A stretch of 64,000 nucleotides of DNA from a candidate division CPR2 bacterium GW2011_GWC2_39_10. GTDB lineage: Bacteria > Patescibacteriota > CPR2. The notes below the pieces were generated by a model. That model was not told the DNA's origin. It saw nothing but the letters and a program-made list of their open reading frames with translations, and did not search any database. The DNA is taken from the NCBI GenBank assembly GCA_000993275.1, contig LBVV01000006.1, forward strand, positions 24-64,023, read 5' to 3'. Numbering within the stretch: the stretch's first letter is position 1; every line of letters starts with the position of its first letter. Of this stretch, positions 29,507 to 38,228 are shown one piece after another. Both the position numbers and the translations under genes were made by a program.

Positions 29507-30760
29507 TCAGCCCTTAAGGCAACGCACCGAATGACCATGCGCCTTATCGGCTATGTTACGAATGACTGTAAAGTAGTCAGCGTGCAAGAGACGAAACCAA
29601 GCATTAGAAACAGTCGAGGTACTAGACCAATAATCGCCGTGAGGACCCGGATTGCCGAACGTGCCGTCGTCCCAATTGCGATGGCCGGCAAGGAATCCTT
29701 CAAAACCGGAATCGCCGGTAAGCTTTAACTTGGTGCCAGCCGAGCTGCAATCAAATACGCCGACTCTGATATCCGAACAAGTGTTGCCGTCATCTTTTAA
29801 ATAATTTTCCAAGGCGTACCACTCAGAATCCTTAGGAACATGAAACCCGGCGGGACAAATGCCTTGGTCACCTTCTGTGGTGCTGCCATTCATGGCCGTA
29901 TTCCATTGATACAAGCCGCCGTAAATATTGCAGTTCTTTTCATCATTATCATAACAATACTTCTGTCCAATAGCTTGATTAACGGAACCGGCTACCATGG
30001 TACCCACATTCATATTGCACTTCATCCATGTTTGAGGCGTGGGTGATGTATTAATGGTAACGGTGGGAATATAATTTGGGTCATAATTTCTTTGCGACAT
30101 CAAGGTGTTTAAAGAAACTTTTTGTTTGTTTCCTTTGCTATCAGCCTTTTTGCTTTCGGCTGTAATTGTTAGTTTAAAAAAGGGCTGTACCGGGCCGCAT
30201 TCTTTGGCAATTTCGTTAGGATCTATTTCAAAGCTAGTAACAACGGATGAGGTTGAAACAACATTTTGGGCGGCATCCGCATTTTTTTGCATTTTTATAA
30301 TCCCCGCACCTGCTGAACAATTATCGCACCAAAAGGTTATTTTTTCGTCAGTTTGTGTAGTAACAATAATTTTATTGGGATCAGTGTCGGCACTAGAATT
30401 AACGGAAATACTTTTTGCGCCTCTCACTTCTCTTGATATAGCCTCTAGTGCATACCTAACGTCTTGCGTCACCTTCCTGGCACTATTGGCACTTTGGTAA
30501 GTTGACCCTATGGTTATAAACAGCTCGGTCATGGCCACTAAAAGCAAGCTCATAACCCCAATGACAACAATCATTTCGACAAGGGTGAAACCCTTGGAGT
30601 GCACGTAACCCCCGCGTCTTTGCGAGTGAAACGAAGCAATCTCCTCATATTTGCAACAAGATTGCCGCACTCTCCGGCGGCTGCCGGATCGTTCGCAATG
30701 ACAATTGTACGCAGTTACTTTGGGATTGTTTGTTTTATTATGTTTATTTTGCTTTATCAT
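29507..30760 (-). CDS. Type IV pilin-like protein (prepilin N-terminal methylation motif) with C-terminal FISUMP (Fibrobacter succinogenes major paralogous) domain; the true start is probably GTG at ~30607
   Basis: 'KGFTLVEMIVVIGVMSLLLVAMTELF' class-III signal; C-terminus 'GGLYQWNTA...CPAGFHVPKDSEW...GDYWSSTS...HGHSVRCLK' matches the TIGR02145-type domain; the annotated N-terminal 50 aa are encoded by a MITE-like repeat. Confidence 0.65.
   Translation of the reverse strand: MIKQNKHNKTNNPKVTAYNCHCERSGSRRRVRQSCCKYEEIASFHSQRRGGYVHSKGFTLVEMIVVIGVMSLLLVAMTELFITIGSTYQSANSARKVTQDVRYALEAISREVRGAKSISVNSSADTDPNKIIVTTQTDEKITFWCDNCSAGAGIIKMQKNADAAQNVVSTSSVVTSFEIDPNEIAKECGPVQPFFKLTITAESKKADSKGNKQKVSLNTLMSQRNYDPNYIPTVTINTSPTPQTWMKCNMNVGTMVAGSVNQAIGQKYCYDNDEKNCNIYGGLYQWNTAMNGSTTEGDQGICPAGFHVPKDSEWYALENYLKDDGNTCSDIRVGVFDCSSAGTKLKLTGDSGFEGFLAGHRNWDDGTFGNPGPHGDYWSSTSTVSNAWFRLLHADYFTVIRNIADKAHGHSVRCLKG
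30596..30715 (+). repeat. ~115-bp MITE-like element, copy 1 (CGTCTTTGCGAGTGAAACGAAGCAATCTCCT...GATTGCCGCACTCTCCGGCGGCTGCCGGATCGTTCGCAATGACAATTGT)
   Basis: ~90% identical to 57649-57765; partial copy at 62001-62060; lies inside the 5' end of the pilin-FISUMP ORF. Confidence 0.75.
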
Positions 30761-30773
30761 TATTTTCCTTAAT

Positions 30774-32456
30774 TTAGGGGGTGTAAAAACTTAGCGTTGG
30801 CAAAGCCGTTCCGTCGCCAATATAGGTTGCAGCATTCAAACTTACATCCTGCCCCACAATAGCATGTGGTGCAGCCAAGGTGCTGCTTAAATTAGCATTA
30901 AAATACAAATGAGATTTTAGCGATATGAAAATAGCCTTTGTAAAATCATAGGTTTTGCCCGCGGCATTCGCATTGACCGAAAAATTCCTTTTAGGGTCGA
31001 TCTCATCATCATTAATCATTACAATGCGACCAGCCCCGCTAGGATTTCTGACAAAAGCGTTGCCGTTGTCATTATTTATTGTTATTCCATCTTTTGCCAC
31101 CACGACAATGTTTTTGTCCGCAATAGCAGAGTCAAGCTCAATTCCACCCGAAGTTATGGTTATTGAGCCGGTAACATATAAATTACCTTTTAGCTTAAGT
31201 GCCGCGTTATTCTGAATAGTCAAATTGCCTATAACTATGGCATTATTCCAATTAGTATCAGAGCTTATTGTTATGTTGCCGGCGGCAAGAGAAGTTTTTT
31301 TGCCAACATCTGTCAAACCATTGATGTAGTTATAAACCTTGACAGTATCATAGGTAAAAGCTTGGTAACTTGGAACGCCGAGACAATTACCCGTAATACT
31401 TCCGGCCGGATTAACTGTTGCTAGCCCAAATAACGCCGTTCCTTGAATACACGCCGTTGATGCATTATAAAAATTTAATGTTCCGTTAAATGTAGAACGC
31501 ACGCCCCCTCCAGCAGCGCTTGCAGAATATATGTTGCCGTAAAACTCGCCCCCGGCAGTAATAGACAGGTTGTTATTAGAGTAAATACCCCCCTTAACCG
31601 TAACATTATTAGTTGCAGTAAACGTCTGCATGGAAAATACCGTATAATTTAAAGACAGAGAATCTATTAAAGAAATTTCAGGAGGGGCCGTAGTGGCGCA
31701 ATATGCTGTTGCCGTTTTATTTAAAGAATCGGTTAAAACATATTTATACCAAGTTCCGGCAGTTAAAGGGCTATCAGGTTTACTGCCCGAACTTGCTGCA
31801 GCTATGCCGAGCCCTGGAATTACAGTGCCATTCCTTGCAATAGTGGCGCTGCCGTTAGGGGAATTGTAGCCAAGCGTTATAGTTGTATCATCACTGCTAG
31901 AACAAACAAGCGTTGGGTCGCCGGCTACAGCGGCAGTGGCGGCCTTCCAATTTGTTAATGTTTTGCTTTCCTCAACAAAGCCTTTGCCCCAACTTACGTT
32001 GACGGTTATTTTTCTTTTATTGTCGGGATCGGCGGCATCTTTTTCGATCTTAATAGTGCGGGAAAAAGTTATTCCGTTTATGGGCGCTATGGTTTCGGTT
32101 TTATCGGCACTGGTTACGTTAACCATCGTCCACCCCTCGCTTGAATCAAAAGCGTTATCGGGTAATATAAACCAAGGAGAATACGAACTAACAAACAAGC
32201 GGGCATCCCAAGGGCTTTTGTTTTGTTTATAGTTTGTGTCCCTAATATTTTGGGCAATTTCTATAGCTTCCTGGGCTAAAAAGGAAGCTTGGGTTCTTTT
32301 TTTAGTTTCGCTTATGGCAACAATAGATTGCGTAACCAAACCCAAAATTGCCGTAAAAGCAACGGCAATTACTGTGGTTGCAATAATAACTTCTAACAAA
32401 GTAATGCCTTTGCAATTATTTTTTGCCGTTATGAGTTTTAAAATACCCCTCCGCAT
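30774..32456 (-). CDS. Type IV pilin-like protein with large C-terminal beta-helix-like repeat domain (candidate tip/adhesin pilin)
   Basis: 'KGITLLEVIIATTVIAVAFTAILGL' prepilin signal; C-terminal repetitive 'NITISSDTNWNNAIVIGNLTIQNNAALKLKGNLYVTGSITITSGG' (parallel beta-helix-like). Confidence 0.6.
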   Translation of the reverse strand: MRRGILKLITAKNNCKGITLLEVIIATTVIAVAFTAILGLVTQSIVAISETKKRTQASFLAQEAIEIAQNIRDTNYKQNKSPWDARLFVSSYSPWFILPDNAFDSSEGWTMVNVTSADKTETIAPINGITFSRTIKIEKDAADPDNKRKITVNVSWGKGFVEESKTLTNWKAATAAVAGDPTLVCSSSDDTTITLGYNSPNGSATIARNGTVIPGLGIAAASSGSKPDSPLTAGTWYKYVLTDSLNKTATAYCATTAPPEISLIDSLSLNYTVFSMQTFTATNNVTVKGGIYSNNNLSITAGGEFYGNIYSASAAGGGVRSTFNGTLNFYNASTACIQGTALFGLATVNPAGSITGNCLGVPSYQAFTYDTVKVYNYINGLTDVGKKTSLAAGNITISSDTNWNNAIVIGNLTIQNNAALKLKGNLYVTGSITITSGGIELDSAIADKNIVVVAKDGITINNDNGNAFVRNPSGAGRIVMINDDEIDPKRNFSVNANAAGKTYDFTKAIFISLKSHLYFNANLSSTLAAPHAIVGQDVSLNAATYIGDGTALPTLSFYTP

Positions 32457-32772
32457 ATAAATATTGTGCCCTTGTTATAATGTTAAGTCAAGTAAAAATA
32501 GAAATAGCTAAATCCTAAACCACGTGCACTTTTTAAAATTGATTTATTATGGGCTCTAAATTTGTCATTCCAAACTTGATTTGGAATCCATACTCTCTGG
32601 ATCCCGGATCATGTCCGGGATGACAATTCTGGGAAGTTTTGTGAGCGGTCCCAAAGATGGGAGAAAAGGAATGCAACTTTTGAGTTTTTTTATTTCTCCT
32701 TTCCTTTTATTCTATATTCAATATTCCCATTCCAGCCTCTAAATTCTAAACTCTATATTCTTCCTTCCAAGT

Positions 32773-33513
32773 CTAGCTGCAGCCGACGGTTTCTGTGGGG
32801 CTTGTCCATACCTCGCCCGTTTGCATATTGATGTTAATTTTCTTAAACTTATTTTGGGATGTATCTTGTAAAACAAAAATGATTTTTTTGTAAATGGTGC
32901 CGTCGACCGGGATAATTGAGATATTATCATCGGTATAATAAATTTTTCTTTCGCTGGGCAGTTCGGCGACTTTAAACACAATACCTTTAAACGAAGTGCC
33001 GCTGTTAACGAGCAGACAAGTTGAATCGTCGGCATCAGAAGGGCGACATCTATAAATACACCCGAAATTAATATTGTGGATATTTTTGTGAACCGTGTAG
33101 TCTGCCGGGGATCCTTGATCCCGAAAAGAATATTTAGTTTGGGTGTCATCAGGAGAAGAAAAACGATCTTGGTTTGCAGGAAGGACTGTGCCTACTTTAT
33201 CCACAAAATGACTGTAATACCATCTCTTATAACCAGGAAGGCTATCCAACCCCTCAATCATAAAACCGTAACCGTTAACATCGGTAGCCGCGCTTAAAGC
33301 TGTTGACGGTTTTGGGGCCAGGGAGTTTTCCCTTGCTTTAACAATTTCCGACTGCACAAGTTCGGCGGCCAGTTCCAAATCCGTGTCTTTTTTAATATTA
33401 CCCCATCTTATGACCGCTATGCCCGACAAAATGCCGATAATACCGACAACAATGATAAGTTCAATTAAGGTAAGCCCCTTAGATTGTAAACATAAGCTTT
33501 TTTTGCCCTTCAT
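32773..33513 (-). CDS. Type IV pilin / pseudopilin (GspG-like N-terminus)
   Basis: 'SKGLTLIELIIVVGIIGILSGIAVIRW' prepilin cleavage/methylation motif. Confidence 0.7.
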   Translation of the reverse strand: MKGKKSLCLQSKGLTLIELIIVVGIIGILSGIAVIRWGNIKKDTDLELAAELVQSEIVKARENSLAPKPSTALSAATDVNGYGFMIEGLDSLPGYKRWYYSHFVDKVGTVLPANQDRFSSPDDTQTKYSFRDQGSPADYTVHKNIHNINFGCIYRCRPSDADDSTCLLVNSGTSFKGIVFKVAELPSERKIYYTDDNISIIPVDGTIYKKIIFVLQDTSQNKFKKININMQTGEVWTSPTETVGCS

Positions 33514-33558
33514 GAATTTATTATAATCCCGTTAGAGATCGCGGGCAAGAAGAAATAT

Positions 33559-33598
33559 TGCACACACCCGGTGTGTACTGAATTGACACATCGGGATA
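33559..33598 (+). repeat. REP element, left flank of the RAYT transposase gene (CACACACCCGGTGTGTACTGAATTGACACATCGGGATAAG)
   Basis: Exact inverted partner at 34289-34328. Confidence 0.8.
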
Positions 33599-33604
33599 AG
33601 AGCT

Positions 33605-34270
33605 TTATTCGCCAACCAAGTGTTTAACTTTTTCCAATTCTTTTTGATAATCCGCTTGATCAAAAACAAATTCTTTGTACTGATCTTTTGTCTTAAAATG
33701 GCCCAATACGTCCGTGGTATTAATAAACTTATTTTGCTTTTGCCCCATATAATAGCCAAAAGATGTCCATTCGTATTTTGGGAGTTCATTTATTCTTATT
33801 ATATTTGAAGATACCGGATTTAGATGGATATATCTCGAAACATGAACAAGCTGCTCATCCGTTTCAATCGGAACTGCTTTAAAAACCGACTGAAATACCG
33901 TCCCGACTCTATCGTATTTAACATTAAAATATTTTCCGTAACTATTTTGAAGATTTCGCATAAAAATTTGTGCTCCACCCTCTTTTAGTTGTTTTAGGAG
34001 CAAATGAAAATGATTAGGCATTAAGCCGAAAGATAAAATATCAACTAAAGGCTCATTCTTATTGAGCTTTTCCAGAAATTCTTCTTTATCTTTAAAAGAC
34101 ATTCGATTGTAATGAGAAAACCTTATCGATGGATTGCACCTAACGAAAGCTGCAACATCTAAAAATCTTTCATAGTCTCTTTGGCCTTTAAAAATAGGAG
34201 ATCGGTTTACGCCCCTGTTGATAACATGATAAATACCTCTATCCACAAAAATTGTTTTTCTATACGGCAT
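33605..34270 (-). CDS. tnpA: IS200/IS605-family HUH tyrosine transposase (TnpA / REP-associated tyrosine transposase, RAYT-like)
   Basis: HUH motif 'LMPNHFHLLL', catalytic Tyr region 'VSRYIHLNPV', ~220 aa; flanked by inverted REP copies. Confidence 0.8.
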   Translation of the reverse strand: MPYRKTIFVDRGIYHVINRGVNRSPIFKGQRDYERFLDVAAFVRCNPSIRFSHYNRMSFKDKEEFLEKLNKNEPLVDILSFGLMPNHFHLLLKQLKEGGAQIFMRNLQNSYGKYFNVKYDRVGTVFQSVFKAVPIETDEQLVHVSRYIHLNPVSSNIIRINELPKYEWTSFGYYMGQKQNKFINTTDVLGHFKTKDQYKEFVFDQADYQKELEKVKHLVGE

Positions 34271-34288
34271 GTTAATATAATAGTTGTG

Positions 34289-34328
34289 TTATCCCGATGT
34301 GTCAATTCAGTACACACCGGGTGTGTGT
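34289..34328 (-). repeat. REP element, right flank of the RAYT gene (inverted)
   Basis: Reverse complement of 33559-33598. Confidence 0.8.
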
Positions 34329-34349
34329 AAAACGGTAAAACGGGAATTA

Positions 34350-34375
34350 AAAAAGGCCCTGAAGGGCCTTTTTAC
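34350..34375 (-). terminator. Rho-independent terminator downstream of the major-pilin-like gene
   Basis: GGCCCT-GAA-GGGCC hairpin with T-runs on both strands. Confidence 0.55.
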
Positions 34376-34391
34376 CGCTTAGGCTTAGTGC

Positions 34392-34925
34392 TTAGCTGCT
34401 AACATTAGTCACTGGTGGATTAGCTGCAGTTACCTCAGCAAGAGGATTAGTGTTTTGACTAGGCCGAATCACATAATTACCGTTTGCATCTGTTACATCG
34501 AGTTGGTAATAGTTTGTGCCGCCTAATGGATCAACTGGATAGCTAGTTCCTCCAGCTAACCATGCGCTTGGCATTCTTACGGTTGTTTCGGAAGTGCCTT
34601 TAAATACACAATCTGTAGCAGTCGCACAAACAGCAGCTCCGTTTTGTAAGGGTGATACAGCATTAAGATCAAACCATACTGTTGCAGCACCAGCACCGGT
34701 AGTAGGCTGAAGTAATGTGCCTCCAGTAACTTTATACTGCTCTATGGCGTTCCTAATCTGATTCATATCACTCGATCTTCTAGTGTTTCTAGCATCTCGG
34801 CTACTATTTCCGATCCTAACAATTATTAACCCCGCCAAAATACCAATAATGGCGATGACGACGATAAGCTCAATAAGGGTGAAGCCGCTGGAACCGCCGC
34901 CCCTTAATTTTTTTAATTTTTTCAT
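34392..34925 (-). CDS. Type IV pilin (major-pilin-like, PilA/ComGC-type)
   Basis: 'GGGSSGFTLIELIVVIAIIGILAGLIIV' class-III signal with Glu+5; 177 aa; strong terminator downstream. Confidence 0.75.
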   Translation of the reverse strand: MKKLKKLRGGGSSGFTLIELIVVIAIIGILAGLIIVRIGNSSRDARNTRRSSDMNQIRNAIEQYKVTGGTLLQPTTGAGAATVWFDLNAVSPLQNGAAVCATATDCVFKGTSETTVRMPSAWLAGGTSYPVDPLGGTNYYQLDVTDANGNYVIRPSQNTNPLAEVTAANPPVTNVSS

Positions 34926-35480
34926 TAACCCTCCTTAAAAAATTTTCGTTTTTATATTAAACAATTGTCTTACATATAATTATTGCCCATACTATGACAG
35001 TTGTAAATAGGAAAAATAAAATTTTTTTAATTTCTAATTACTCTAATTGACCTAATTTCTAAAAATCCTATCTTTGCTTGCCATAATATAAACATAATAA
35101 GATTTCATAAACCGATTATAAAAGATTCCCGCCTTCGCCCGTCTTGGTCCGCCTTGGTGACGAGACAGGCCAGTCTTGGCGCTTAGACAGGCGAGTACCA
35201 AACGAGTGATAAGTGGGGGGGCGGAATGAAAAAAGCGGAATGAAAAAATTGATAATTGAGAATTTTTGACATTTGAAATTTATTATTTGACATTTAGTAA
35301 ATAGATTCCGGGTCAATTGATTGTATTTTTTTAATGAATGCCCGGAATGACAGTTTCAAGACAGTCTGAATATATGGATAAGCACCCTCCCCTAGCGCCT
35401 CCTCCTCCAAAGGCGGACAGGCACAGCAAGGGAAAGGAATGATGCAATTGTTTCCTGGTTACTGGTTTCTGTTTCCTAGC

Positions 35481-36698
35481 TTATTGATTTTTCACTGCAG
35501 ACGTCAAGTCGTATAACGGTACAACGATACCGGCTACCACCAGGGCTACCGCCACGCCCATTGCTACTATTAGAAATGGTTCTAGCAGTTTTGAGAAATT
35601 ATCAACTATTTCGTCAACTTCTTTTTCGTAAAAAGAAGCCAGCTTGCCCATAACTTCGTCTAAGGCGCCAGTTTTTTCCCCTACTTGAATCATCTGAATT
35701 ACTATGCGGGGAAATTTTTCCGAGGATCTCAGGGCCGTAGAAAGGTTCTCGCCATTTTTGACTTTATCCAGTGAATCCATCAATTCCTTTTCGTAGTGAA
35801 TGTTCCCTATTGTTCTCGAGGTAAGTTCTAAAACGGCCACAATTGACAAACCACTTTCCAGGAGCGTAGTGGCGGTTCTGGCAAACCTTGCCATATATAT
35901 TTTACGCATTAGTCCGCCAAAAACCGGAATTTTTACAATAAAACTTGCCCAAAAATTCTGACCGGTTCTGGTGGTGTTTATAAAATACCTAAAGAGCCAA
36001 ATAGCACCGACGGAAGCTATAAGTAAAATAAATTTATATTTAATCATAAAGTCGCTAAGACCGAATAGGACCCTGGTAAGCATTGGTAATTTAGCCCCGG
36101 AGGTTTCAAAAATGGCTTTCATTTTTGGGATTAAAAATATTGTCAACAGAACCATAACGCTAATTAAAGCCGTTAAAATAAAGGCCGGATAAATCATGGC
36201 GCCCCGGGTTTTAACGGCCATTTCATAATCCTTTTCCATATGATCGGCAAGTTTAAGTAAAATTTCATCCAGTTTGCCGGATTCTTCGCCGGCCGCAATC
36301 ATATTTACAAAAATGTCCGTAAAAAGGTTGGGAAATTGCCTTAACGACTCGGCAAAAGTGGTACCGGATGCCACGTCTCTTGCCACTACTTTTATAATTT
36401 GATTAAAACGCTTGTTGCTTTGCTGCAGCGCAAGAGTTTCTAGGGCATCTACTATGGGAAGACCGGCGTTTATCATGGTGGCCAGTTCTCTTGAAAACAT
36501 AACCTTGTCTTTTTGCTTTATCGGGGTAAACCTGTTTTCCAAATTTTCCAAAGTCATGGAACCGGATTTATTGCCGACATCCGTAGTTATAAGTCCGTGC
36601 TCACGTAAAATAGAAACCACTTCCGCCTCGCTTCCGGCCTCCATGGATCCCACTTTAAGATTCCCTTTATTATCCCTGGCTTTATATAAAAATTCCAT
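35481..36698 (-). CDS. pilC: Type IV pilus assembly platform protein PilC (GspF family), copy A
   Basis: Two T2SSF domains; 405 aa; three TM helices in the typical positions. Confidence 0.85.
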   Translation of the reverse strand: MEFLYKARDNKGNLKVGSMEAGSEAEVVSILREHGLITTDVGNKSGSMTLENLENRFTPIKQKDKVMFSRELATMINAGLPIVDALETLALQQSNKRFNQIIKVVARDVASGTTFAESLRQFPNLFTDIFVNMIAAGEESGKLDEILLKLADHMEKDYEMAVKTRGAMIYPAFILTALISVMVLLTIFLIPKMKAIFETSGAKLPMLTRVLFGLSDFMIKYKFILLIASVGAIWLFRYFINTTRTGQNFWASFIVKIPVFGGLMRKIYMARFARTATTLLESGLSIVAVLELTSRTIGNIHYEKELMDSLDKVKNGENLSTALRSSEKFPRIVIQMIQVGEKTGALDEVMGKLASFYEKEVDEIVDNFSKLLEPFLIVAMGVAVALVVAGIVVPLYDLTSAVKNQ

Positions 36699-36712
36699 AA
36701 ATAACTAAAAAA

Positions 36713-36985
36713 TTAATTTACTAAATTCTGTTTCCAATCGCCGTATTTCTCTTCATCCTGCTTTCTGGAAACCGCCCCCTTAAACTCGTCAAGTTTTCTC
36801 AAGTTCGCCTCCACTTGAGCGGTATTTGTTGAAGGCAAGATTACCTCGGCTGGTGCTTCTTTAAATTTTTTATAAACGGGGCTCGCTAAAATTGCCACTG
36901 CCGCCACGGCAGCCAGTAAAGCAAATAAAACGCTAAGCCTTTTTGCGGTTGCATTCATTAAAACCTCTTTGCCTCTATAACCCAA
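36713..36985 (-). CDS. Hypothetical small membrane-anchored protein (possible PilP-like accessory protein)
   Basis: Single N-terminal TM 'LSVLFALLAAVAAVAILA'; position after pilO; overlaps pilO by 28 nt. Confidence 0.3.
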   Translation of the reverse strand: MGYRGKEVLMNATAKRLSVLFALLAAVAAVAILASPVYKKFKEAPAEVILPSTNTAQVEANLRKLDEFKGAVSRKQDEEKYGDWKQNLVN

Positions 36986-37573
36986 CTTACGTTAATATAA
37001 TCTTTGTTTTCCGCACCACCACGTTCCCTATCCAACTTTACTTCTTTTAACTCTAAAAATCTTTTATTATTGCCGACATTATCCATAAAATTGGTTATCT
37101 TATAATAATTAGCTTCTTCAACCCTAAATGTTCCGTTGTAAAAATAGGATTTAGCGGTTGCATCTTGGGTGCCCGTAGATGTTGGGGCGGAACCCGACAT
37201 ACCGTGGGTTGAAGCTAAATATTGATAATCGGCCTGGTAAGAAAAAAGCACAATTTCTCTGGAATCGCCAACATCAATAAGCCCACTATCTTCCATAATT
37301 TTATCAACCTGATTTGCCACTTCCTCCGGCTTATCATTTGGCGGTATTGCTTCTTCTATGCCGGCAAACAAATCTTGAAATGTTTTTTGATCATTTTCAT
37401 ACTTTTTTAAATTTTCTACTTTTTCATTAAGCGCTTTTAATTCTCCCTTTTTTCATATTTTTATAAATTGGACCCGTACCTAAATAGGCACCGGCAACGG
37501 CAACAATAAAAATAAGTAAACTTAGCGAGTTATAATATTTATCGGGTATCTTGGACAATATATCTTTTCCCAT
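36958..37573 (-). CDS. pilO: PilO-like pilus assembly protein, apparently frameshifted in a T6/A6 homopolymer (37448-37453)
   Basis: The N-terminal part (ATG at 37573, overlapping the pilN stop as TAATG) encodes a TM helix 'LSLLIFIVAVAGAYL' and stops after 48 codons. Deleting one A in the run fuses it in frame to ORF 36958-37371 (coiled coil + C-terminal domain). Confidence 0.5.
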
Positions 37574-38196
37574 TAGAAAGCCTGCTTATTATATTTAGCC
37601 GTTATTTGAAAATTAATCCAATCCTCTTTGTCCATTGTTTCAATTTTATTGACCGTTACGGAATCGAACAATTTGGTAGTTACCGTTTGTTCCTTATCTT
37701 GAACCTTAATTGTCTTTTTTGTATCGAGACCATCTAGAAGCGCCGCATATGTCCGCGGATGATTAACGCGCATATCGCTTGTTCCAACCAAAACGATAGT
37801 ATTATTATCATCAAAAATTTGGAAACCATCGATATGGATTTGATCTTTTGGAGTTTTGTCGGTAATTTTTTTTATTAAATAGTAATAATTGACATGATTA
37901 TCCAAAGCCATGGTGGCTATATCGGCTTTTTGGCTCATTTTTTGAAGATCCAGCTCTAAACCTTTCATGTTCGCATATTTCGTATTTATTGTTTCGTAGT
38001 CAGCGTCTTGCTTGTTTTTTTCGTTTTGCAGATAAAGCTGAAAGCCATAAAGCCCGCCAAAATATAAAGCCAAGGTAGAAAGTGCAACAACTATTATAAA
38101 AATAGGCGAAAAATAGGCTTTTGCTAATTTTGAACTTATACCGGGCCCGGATACTTTTGGGGCGCTGTCTGACTGTCCGACCAAATTAATGGGCAA
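37573..38196 (-). CDS. pilN: PilN-like pilus assembly protein (TM + coiled coil)
   Basis: Cytoplasmic N-terminus, TM 'IFIIVVALSTLALYFGGLYGF', coiled-coil periplasmic region; follows pilM. Confidence 0.5.
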   Translation of the reverse strand: MPINLVGQSDSAPKVSGPGISSKLAKAYFSPIFIIVVALSTLALYFGGLYGFQLYLQNEKNKQDADYETINTKYANMKGLELDLQKMSQKADIATMALDNHVNYYYLIKKITDKTPKDQIHIDGFQIFDDNNTIVLVGTSDMRVNHPRTYAALLDGLDTKKTIKVQDKEQTVTTKLFDSVTVNKIETMDKEDWINFQITAKYNKQAF

Positions 38197-38228
38197 GAAA
38201 CCCTCCTTCTTCTATATATAAGATACAC

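Larger units (their letters stand above)
33559..34328 (-). mobile_element. REPtron-like unit: RAYT/IS200-like transposase flanked by inverted palindromic REPs, inserted between pilin genes
   Basis: Left 33559-33598 and right 34289-34328 are reverse complements over ~38 bp and each contains the ACACACCCGGTGTGT palindrome. Confidence 0.75.

Noticed and set aside
35250-35320. TTGACA...TATTTGACATTTAGTAAAT promoter-like sequence on the plus strand
   Set aside because: Good -35/-10-like words, but no plus-strand gene lies downstream (neighbours are minus-strand pilin and pilC); cannot be assigned.
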